Positions 1 through 5,498 of a stretch of 64,000 nt of DNA are shown in pieces. How positions within the stretch are numbered: position 1 is the first letter of the stretch; each line of letters starts with the position of its first letter. Below the pieces are notes generated by a model. It saw nothing but the letters and a program-made list of their open reading frames with translations, was not told the origin of the DNA and did not search any database. Source of the DNA: an uncultured Pseudobdellovibrionaceae bacterium (GTDB lineage: Bacteria; Pseudomonadota; Alphaproteobacteria; Micavibrionales; Micavibrionaceae); NCBI GenBank assembly GCA_964498755.1, contig CAZCIB010000005.1, positions 4,560-68,559 of the forward strand, in the 5' to 3' direction. A program made the position numbers and the translations under genes.

Positions 1-256
1 TCCGCTTTTCGGTAAAGCCCGCCATAAAGGGCGCGGGGTCGAAGCATTTGAGCGCGGCGACTTTCTCCAGCTTGTCCTCCGCAGGGACCCCGGCATAGCC
101 GCGCACATAGTCCGGCGTCAAATCCGGCTCGATCCCGGCTTTTCCGAGCGTTTCATTCAACAGCGCGCAGTCGAATTCCGCGAACACGCTTTCCGTTTCG
201 GCGACGACGCCGTCGAAATCGAGAAGGAAATATCTGAATGCAGGTAAATCGGTCAT
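1..256 (-). CDS. HAD-superfamily hydrolase, N-terminal part (gene runs off the left edge of the window)
   Basis: Manual minus-strand translation from ATG at 256-254 gives MTDLPAFRYFLLDFDGVVAETESVF..., which carries HAD motif I (DxDG). The frame stays open to position 1. Confidence 0.55.
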   Translation of the reverse strand, partial: MTDLPAFRYFLLDFDGVVAETESVFAEFDCALLNETLGKAGIEPDLTPDYVRGYAGVPAEDKLEKVAALKCFDPAPFMAGFTEKR

Positions 257-280
257 AAGAACCAGTTTAAATCATGTTAG

Positions 281-411
281 AACCTCGAATGAACACAAAT
301 AAATAAGGATATGCGCGAAGCGCATATCCATATCATAAACCACTAAGCGCACTAAGCTCGCTAAGACAATTGCGCCCGGAACGCTTAGTGTCCTTAGTGA
401 TCTTAGTGGTT
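281..411. repeat. Word-armed nested palindrome (family C), truncated copy: GAATG/CAAAT words, GCGCGAAGCGC mini-hairpin, ACTAAG-word hairpin
   Basis: The left half parallels 3520-3576 in layout. The ACTAAG x3 arm at 338-367 faces the CTTAGT x3 arm at 384-411. Confidence 0.8.
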
Positions 412-483
412 AAAATCTAATCCGCCTTCGGCGCTTTGTTTTAAAAGAGCTCTTAGCGTCTTCGCGTCATGGCGGCTCAAAAA

Positions 484-1005
484 CTACTCTATCAAACCTT
501 CCGGCGGATCAATAACGAGAAAGCCGTTTTCCAGATTAACTTCGGGTATATACTCGCCTGTAAAGGGCAGGTAGTAACTCGCGCCTTTCGGGGGCCGGAT
601 TTCCAGCAGCGCGCCCGCGCCGAAATCCTGCACGGCGAGGACTTGCCCGGCATCGCCGCCGTTCACGTGTTTCACGGCAAGGCCTTTTAAATCCTCGAAA
701 TAATATTCGTCCTCATCCGGTTCGGGCAGGGCGGCGCGGTCCGCCCAGAGTTCCGTGTTTTTCAGGGCCTGCGCCGCGTCGCGGTCCTGGACGCCTTCAA
801 TCTCCGCAAGGACATGTTTGGCGTCCGCATGACGGATCGTCAGTTCAAGCGTATCGCCGCCGCGCTCGGACGTGAAAATCTCGAGCGTGTCCAGCAGCGA
901 TATGTCCTCGCAAAAGGGCTGGAGTTTCACCAGCCCCTTCACGCCGTGGGCGGAGGCGATTTTCGCCATGAGGATGCGTTTGATCTCCTCTCCAGCGACA
1001 GGCAC
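484..1005 (-). CDS. rimM: 16S rRNA processing protein RimM
   Basis: 173 aa with the typical RimM N-terminus ...AKIASAHGVKGLVKL. It lies directly downstream of rpsP (conserved rpsP-rimM order). The GTG start overlaps the rpsP stop by 1 nt; an ATG at 969 is an alternative start. Confidence 0.85.
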   Translation of the reverse strand: MPVAGEEIKRILMAKIASAHGVKGLVKLQPFCEDISLLDTLEIFTSERGGDTLELTIRHADAKHVLAEIEGVQDRDAAQALKNTELWADRAALPEPDEDEYYFEDLKGLAVKHVNGGDAGQVLAVQDFGAGALLEIRPPKGASYYLPFTGEYIPEVNLENGFLVIDPPEGLIE

Positions 1006-1580
1006 TATTCCGCCTTTTTCTCTTCTTCTTCAGCAGGCGCTTCTTCCGTAGCGGCTTCCTCTTTAGGCGTTTCTTCCGCAGCAGGCTCTTCCGCAGGGGC
1101 CTCTTCAGTCGGCGCTTCCTCTGCGGCGGGTTCTTCGGCAGGCGCTTCTTCTTCAGCCGGAGCCTCCGCTTCAGCGGCGGCGGCTTCAGCCGCAGCGGCT
1201 TCGGCGTCAGCCTTGGCCTGTTCCTCGGCTTCTTTCGCGGCGGCGGCTTTTTCTTCCTTCTCGCGGATGCGTTCCTGCGCTTTTTCGCCCGGAGCGGATT
1301 TCTTCGGCGTTTCGCGGATTTCCGGCATGTTGATAATGCCCGCTTTGCCAAGGAAGCGCGCGACGCGGTCGGAAGGCTTCGCGCCCTGGCCGAGCCAGTA
1401 CTGCACCCGGTCCGTCACAAGCTTGACGCGGTTTTCATTGTCGGAGGGCAGCAGCGGGTCGTAACTGCCGACCTTTTCGATAAAGCGTCCGTCGCGCGGC
1501 GAGCGGCTGTCCGCCACGACGATGGAGTAATGCGGACGATGGGTACGGCCTCCGCGAGCCATTCTGATTTTAAGAGCCAT
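1005..1580 (-). CDS. rpsP: 30S ribosomal protein S16 with a long Ala/Glu/Pro-rich C-terminal tail
   Basis: [43 protein letters not shown] is a canonical S16 N-terminal domain. The tail is low-complexity [13 protein letters not shown] repeats. Confidence 0.95.
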   Translation of the reverse strand: MALKIRMARGGRTHRPHYSIVVADSRSPRDGRFIEKVGSYDPLLPSDNENRVKLVTDRVQYWLGQGAKPSDRVARFLGKAGIINMPEIRETPKKSAPGEKAQERIREKEEKAAAAKEAEEQAKADAEAAAAEAAAAEAEAPAEEEAPAEEPAAEEAPTEEAPAEEPAAEETPKEEAATEEAPAEEEEKKAE

Positions 1581-1614
1581 AGTTACAGTCCTTTCGTTTG
1601 TTAAAGTTTAAGCT

Positions 1615-1925
1615 GGAATCTCGGAATCTCGGAATCTCGGAATATCCACCTGCATCGTCATCCCGGCGCCCTCTTCGCGCTTGTGTGCTATGGCGGATAA
1701 AAAAGCCGGGATCCATTGTTCGGTGATACGGGCAATAGCGCGATTGAATCGCAAAGACGCCAAGGCGCAAAGGCGCAAAGACTTCTTCGCGTCTTCGTGT
1801 CTTCGCGTTGAAAAAACGACGGTGTGGTTTGCGTTTGCCCATGGATCCCGTTTTTCAACGGGATGACGCAGGAGGGAAATATTCCGGGATTCCGGGATTC
1901 CGAGATTCCGAGATTCCGAGATTCC
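1615..1925. repeat. Composite nested palindrome (family C with embedded family A hairpins) filling the ffh-rpsP spacer
   Basis: Outer arms are GGAATCTC x3.5 (1615-1645) and GAGATTCC/GGGATTCC x5 (1879-1925). The inner hairpin has GCAAAGAC-type words (1751-1782 against 1789-1807). GGATCCCG...CGGGATGAC sits at 1841-1867. Confidence 0.85.
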
Positions 1926-1930
1926 GTTAC

Positions 1931-3496
1931 TCATCTCTTCTTCTTCCCTTTGTTCTTTTTTCCCGCGCCTGCGCCCATGCCGCCGAGGCCGGGCAGGCCG
2001 GAAGGGCCGCCGAGACCCGGCAGGGCATTACCGCCGAAATGGCGCGGCGTTTCCGCGAACGGGTTCGGGCCGAGCGGGCCGCTATCCTCAAGGCTGGCCA
2101 TGTCCTTGGCGAGCGCGTTCGGATCGGCGCTCTGCGCCATCAGGGCCGCGGCGTCGTCGCCCATCATGCCTTTCATCATGCCCATCATCTTGCCCATGCC
2201 CATCTTGCGCATGCGCTTCATCATGGTCTGCATCTGAAGTTGCTGTTTCACGAGCTTGTTGATCTCCTGTACGCTTGTTCCGGAACCGGCGGCGATGCGC
2301 TTTTTGCGCGACGCGTTCAGAAGGTCCGGCTTTTCGCGCTCTTTCAAAGTCATGGACAGGATAATCGCTTCCTGCCGTTTGATCATCGAGTCGTCGACGC
2401 CGTGCTCCTCAAGTTGTCCGGCCATCTTGCCCATGCCGGGCATCATCTGCATCAGCGCGCCCATCCCGCCCATCTTTTTCATCTGCTGGAGCTGCGTGAG
2501 CAGGTCGTTAAAGTCGAACTGGCCTTTCTTGAATTTTTTGGCCAAAGCCTGCGCTTTTTCCTGATCGACGGTTTCGGTCGCTTTTTCAACGAGGGAGACG
2601 ACGTCGCCCATGCCGAGAATACGACCCGCGATCCGGTCCGGGGCGAAAGGCTCAATGGCGTCCCATTTCTCGCCCACGCCCATGAGCTTGATCGGCTTGC
2701 CGGTGACCGCGCGCATGGAGAGAGCAGCGCCGCCGCGCGCGTCCCCGTCAACGCGGGTGAGCATAATCGCGGAAATCCCGACTTTCTCGTCGAACGTTTT
2801 GGCCGTGTTGACGGCGTCCTGCCCCGTCATCGCGTCGACGACGAGGAACGTCTCAACCGGGTTAGAGGCTTTCTTGACGGCTGCGGCCTCGTTCATCAGG
2901 GCTTCATCAATGGAGAGCCGCCCCGCCGTATCGAGCATCACAAGGTCGAAGCCTTCTTTGCGCGCGGTCTCCAAAGCGCGCTTCGTGATATCGACGGGCT
3001 GCTGGCCTTCGATAACGGGGAGCGTTTCGATGCCCGTTTGCACGCCGAGTTGCTTAAGCTGTTCCTGCGCGGCCGGGCGGTTGACGTCGAGCGAGGCCAT
3101 CAGGACTTTTTTGCGCTGCTTGTCCGAGAGCCATTTCGCGATTTTGGCGGTGGATGTGGTTTTACCCGAACCCTGCAAGCCGACCATCAAGTAGACGCTA
3201 GGCGGGCTTGCGAATTGCAGATCTTCCTTTTCCGCGCCGAGCGTTTCGACAAGGCAGTCATGGACGATCTTGACGACCTGCTGCGCCGGGGAGACGGATT
3301 TGATGACCTCTTGCCCGACGGCGCGGGTTTTGACTTTCTCGATGAACTCCTTGACGACGGGCAGGGCGACGTCGGCCTCCAGCAGCGCAATGCGGATTTC
3401 CCGCGCCGCCGCCTCGACGTCGGCCTCGGAGAGCGCGCCCTTGCCGCGGAGCCGGTCCAAAGCGCCGGAGAGTTTTTCACCCAAAGTCTGAAACAT
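1931..3496 (-). CDS. ffh: Signal recognition particle protein Ffh
   Basis: 521 aa with the GLQGSGKTT P-loop, DTAGR, and a Met-rich M domain (MMPGMGKM...). ffh-rpsP-rimM synteny. Confidence 0.97.
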   Translation of the reverse strand: MFQTLGEKLSGALDRLRGKGALSEADVEAAAREIRIALLEADVALPVVKEFIEKVKTRAVGQEVIKSVSPAQQVVKIVHDCLVETLGAEKEDLQFASPPSVYLMVGLQGSGKTTSTAKIAKWLSDKQRKKVLMASLDVNRPAAQEQLKQLGVQTGIETLPVIEGQQPVDITKRALETARKEGFDLVMLDTAGRLSIDEALMNEAAAVKKASNPVETFLVVDAMTGQDAVNTAKTFDEKVGISAIMLTRVDGDARGGAALSMRAVTGKPIKLMGVGEKWDAIEPFAPDRIAGRILGMGDVVSLVEKATETVDQEKAQALAKKFKKGQFDFNDLLTQLQQMKKMGGMGALMQMMPGMGKMAGQLEEHGVDDSMIKRQEAIILSMTLKEREKPDLLNASRKKRIAAGSGTSVQEINKLVKQQLQMQTMMKRMRKMGMGKMMGMMKGMMGDDAAALMAQSADPNALAKDMASLEDSGPLGPNPFAETPRHFGGNALPGLGGPSGLPGLGGMGAGAGKKNKGKKKR

Positions 3497-3517
3497 TTAA
3501 ATGTTTCCCTTTTTTTA

Positions 3518-3700
3518 AAAACCGCGAATGGACGCGAATGAACGCAAATAAAGCTGCGCGAAGCGCATTATATTTTAACCACTAAGAGCGCTAAGGACAC
3601 TAAGCGTTCCGGGCACAGTCTTCTTAGTGAGCTTAGCGCTCTTAGTGGTTATAAAAATTGCGCACTTCGTGCGCGGCATTCGCGTTCATTTGCGGTTAAA
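3518..3700. repeat. Three-tier nested palindrome (family C, most complete copy)
   Basis: Outer arms 3520-3549 / 3677-3697 (GCGAATG/GCAAATG words). GC mini-hairpins at 3553-3568 and 3658-3676. Inner ACTAAG-word arms 3577-3606 / 3622-3650 pair perfectly over 19 bp. Confidence 0.9.
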
Positions 3701-3869
3701 CAAACAAAACAACAACCAAAAAGCCGCAGTGAGCGATCCTATTCGCCGGCTGCGGTGTACCCGTGGGCACTGATGAAACCAACAGTGTCCGCTGAATTTG
3801 CATGGAAACTATGCGAAACGTTCCCATATGTCAAGGAATGTGTTTTGTTGTTAGTCATGCCCATGGACC

Positions 3870-3945
3870 GTCATTCCGGCGAAAGCCGGAATCTATAGGA
3901 CATCTAATTGATTCACTATGGATCCCGGCTTTCGCCGGGATGACG
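3870..3945. repeat. REPIN-like inverted doublet of GTCATTCCGGC-GAAA-GCCGGAATC hairpins (family A)
   Basis: GTCATTCCGGCGAAAGCCGGAATC at 3870-3893 faces GGATCCCGGCTTTCGCCGGGATGAC at 3920-3944. It lies just upstream of the dapF RBS. Confidence 0.85.
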
Positions 3946-3970
3946 TGTCAGGAGAAGAGCTGGAGGAGTA

Positions 3971-4921
3971 ATGAAATTCACAAAAATGCACGGGCTGTCG
4001 AACGATTTTATAATTGTCGATACGCGCTATAAGGGCGAGTTGCCGCCGAGGGAAACCATCGCCGCGCTCACGCACCGCAAGACCGGGATCGGCTGCGATC
4101 AGTTTATTCCCGTGTCCGCACCCAAAGACGACCGCGCGGATTGTTTTATGCGTATCCTGAACGCGCCGGATGCCTCTGAAGCCGAAGCCTGCGGTAATGC
4201 AACACGCTGCGTGGCCTCGATGCTGATGCGGGAAAAAGACACGGACCGCGTTATTATACAAACCGTCGCGGGGCTTTTGGAATGCCGCGCAAGGAACGCC
4301 GATAAAACGCTCATAGAGGTTGATATGGGCGTTCCCCGCCTGGAATGGAGCGAGTTTCCGTTAAGCGAGGCGTGCGATACGCTCTGGCTGCCGATTGATC
4401 TGGGGGATTTTGTCGCCGCCGGTCCCTCGCCCACTGCGCTAACGCTTTCACCTGGCAGTGAAAGCGAAGCTCCGTTGCCCTCTCCCACGGGGAGAGGGAG
4501 GGGCCCGGCGAAGCCCGAAGGGCGAAGACGGGAAGGTGAGGGGAGTCCCGCCGCCGTGAATATCGGCAACCCCCATTGCGTGTTCTTTGTCGACGATGCG
4601 CAGACATTTCCCGTCCGTGAAATCGGCCCGCAAATCGAACACCACCCGCTCTTCCCGCAAAAAACCAATGTGGAGTTCGCAACCGTAATCGACCGCGCCC
4701 ATATCCGCATGCGCGTCTGGGAGCGCGACACCGGCGAAACAGAGGCTTGTGGAAGCGCAGCTTGCGGCACGATGGCCGCCGCCGTCCGGCGCGGGCTCGT
4801 GGATCGGGAATGCGAGGTCATGCTCAATGGCGGCCCGCTGCAGTTTCACTGGCGCGAGGAAGACGGACATCTTCTGATGACCGGCCCGGTGGAATATGTG
4901 TTTTCAGGAGAAACTTCATAA
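3971..4921 (+). CDS. dapF: Diaminopimelate epimerase DapF carrying an in-frame ~41-codon repeat-derived insert
   Basis: MKFTKMHGLSNDFIIVD, CGNATRC and NIGNPHCVFFVDD...ACGSAACG are DapF signatures. It is 316 aa; the insert accounts for about 41 extra codons. Confidence 0.93.
   Translation: MKFTKMHGLSNDFIIVDTRYKGELPPRETIAALTHRKTGIGCDQFIPVSAPKDDRADCFMRILNAPDASEAEACGNATRCVASMLMREKDTDRVIIQTVAGLLECRARNADKTLIEVDMGVPRLEWSEFPLSEACDTLWLPIDLGDFVAAGPSPTALTLSPGSESEAPLPSPTGRGRGPAKPEGRRREGEGSPAAVNIGNPHCVFFVDDAQTFPVREIGPQIEHHPLFPQKTNVEFATVIDRAHIRMRVWERDTGETEACGSAACGTMAAAVRRGLVDRECEVMLNGGPLQFHWREEDGHLLMTGPVEYVFSGETS
4423..4545 (+). mobile_element. Family B nested palindromic element inserted in frame within dapF
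   Basis: TCCCTCGCCC...GCTAACGCTTTCAcctggcaGTGAAAGCGAAGCTCCGTTGCCCTCTCCCacggGGAGAGGGAGGGGCC...GGTGAGGGGA. It has the same core as 5856-6007 and 22216-22319. Translates as PSPTALTLSPGSESEAPLPSPTGRGRGPAKPEGRRREGEGS. Confidence 0.85.
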
Positions 4922-4926
4922 AAATT

Positions 4927-4962
4927 TTCCGGGAAGCGGGGGAGCTTCCCGGAAGTTTCGTT
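4927..4962 (+). terminator. Hairpin terminator candidate after dapF (between convergent genes)
   Basis: TTCCGGGAAGC-gggggа-like 6-nt loop-GCTTCCCGGAA forms a perfect 11-bp stem (4927-4937 / 4944-4954), followed by GTTTCGTT. Confidence 0.55.
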
Positions 4963-4993
4963 GGGTTGGAAAACAAAGCAGGCGTAAAAAAAC

Positions 4994-5308
4994 TCAATGC
5001 TGCGTGATCTGGGGTGCCGTGAGGGCATCCGCCGTAAAGGCGGGATTAAACGGCGCGTGGGCCATGGAGTCCTCCTCGTCTACGCCGCGTATATCAACGG
5101 CCTCGAAATCGCCAAAGCGTTTACGCGCCTCTTCCTTGATCACGTCAAGAAACTCGAGCACTTCGGCGAGCCGCGCGTCCCGGCAGGCCTCGCCGATGCC
5201 GGGCATGGCAAGATCGGTCTGAACGACAAGCGTCTTGACGGGCTTGAATCGTCCGCTGCCGACTTCTATGACATATAATTGTTTGATGCTGGGATGGTCG
5301 AAAGTCAT
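4994..5308 (-). CDS. Hypothetical protein (104 aa)
   Basis: The ORF has a strong SD (GAAGGAG, 8 nt before the ATG on the minus strand at 5309-5322). I recognise no family. Confidence 0.55.
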   Translation of the reverse strand: MTFDHPSIKQLYVIEVGSGRFKPVKTLVVQTDLAMPGIGEACRDARLAEVLEFLDVIKEEARKRFGDFEAVDIRGVDEEDSMAHAPFNPAFTADALTAPQITQH

Positions 5309-5498
5309 GAGAGGTGCTCCTTCACTGTTCTTTTAATCGATTAAATAAATTGTCTTGGCTTCTAATGTTTAAGATAGGTCTGAAATGGGATATTTTCAGG
5401 GCAGTTTTGTTACAGATTTGTAAGCATTAGAAAATGATCACATGAAGAAAACAGGGTAACAGGTTGACGTTTCGCCGGTATCGGGATATGTGTGCGCT

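Noticed and set aside
1005-1300. Unusually long acidic Ala/Glu/Pro-repeat C-terminal extension on ribosomal protein S16
   Set aside because: C-terminal low-complexity extensions of S16 occur in Alphaproteobacteria to my knowledge. It is worth noting but not evidence of anything novel.
814-1464. Ser/Ala-rich (814-1464, +) and Lys/Arg-rich (845-1351, -) ORFs overlapping the rpsP 3' half
   Set aside because: These are alternative-frame readings of the GC-rich (GAA/GCC)n-like sequence encoding the Ala/Glu/Pro tail of S16. The S16 frame is anchored by a canonical N-terminal domain.
1808-3541. 577-aa ORF on the plus strand, the longest unassigned ORF in the first 10 kb
   Set aside because: It lies entirely antisense to ffh, whose product has clear SRP54 motifs. 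Its translation is His/Arg/Leu/Ala-rich with no recognisable domain, typical of a shadow ORF in GC-rich DNA. Its 5' end translates the repeat element at 1808-1925.
5464-5492. Sigma-70-like TTGACG-17 nt-TATGTG just upstream of mtaB, which would imply a nearly leaderless mRNA (ATG at 5499)
   Set aside because: It is a single hexamer match with a weak -10. The spacing to the start codon makes it speculative, and nothing in the sequence can confirm it.
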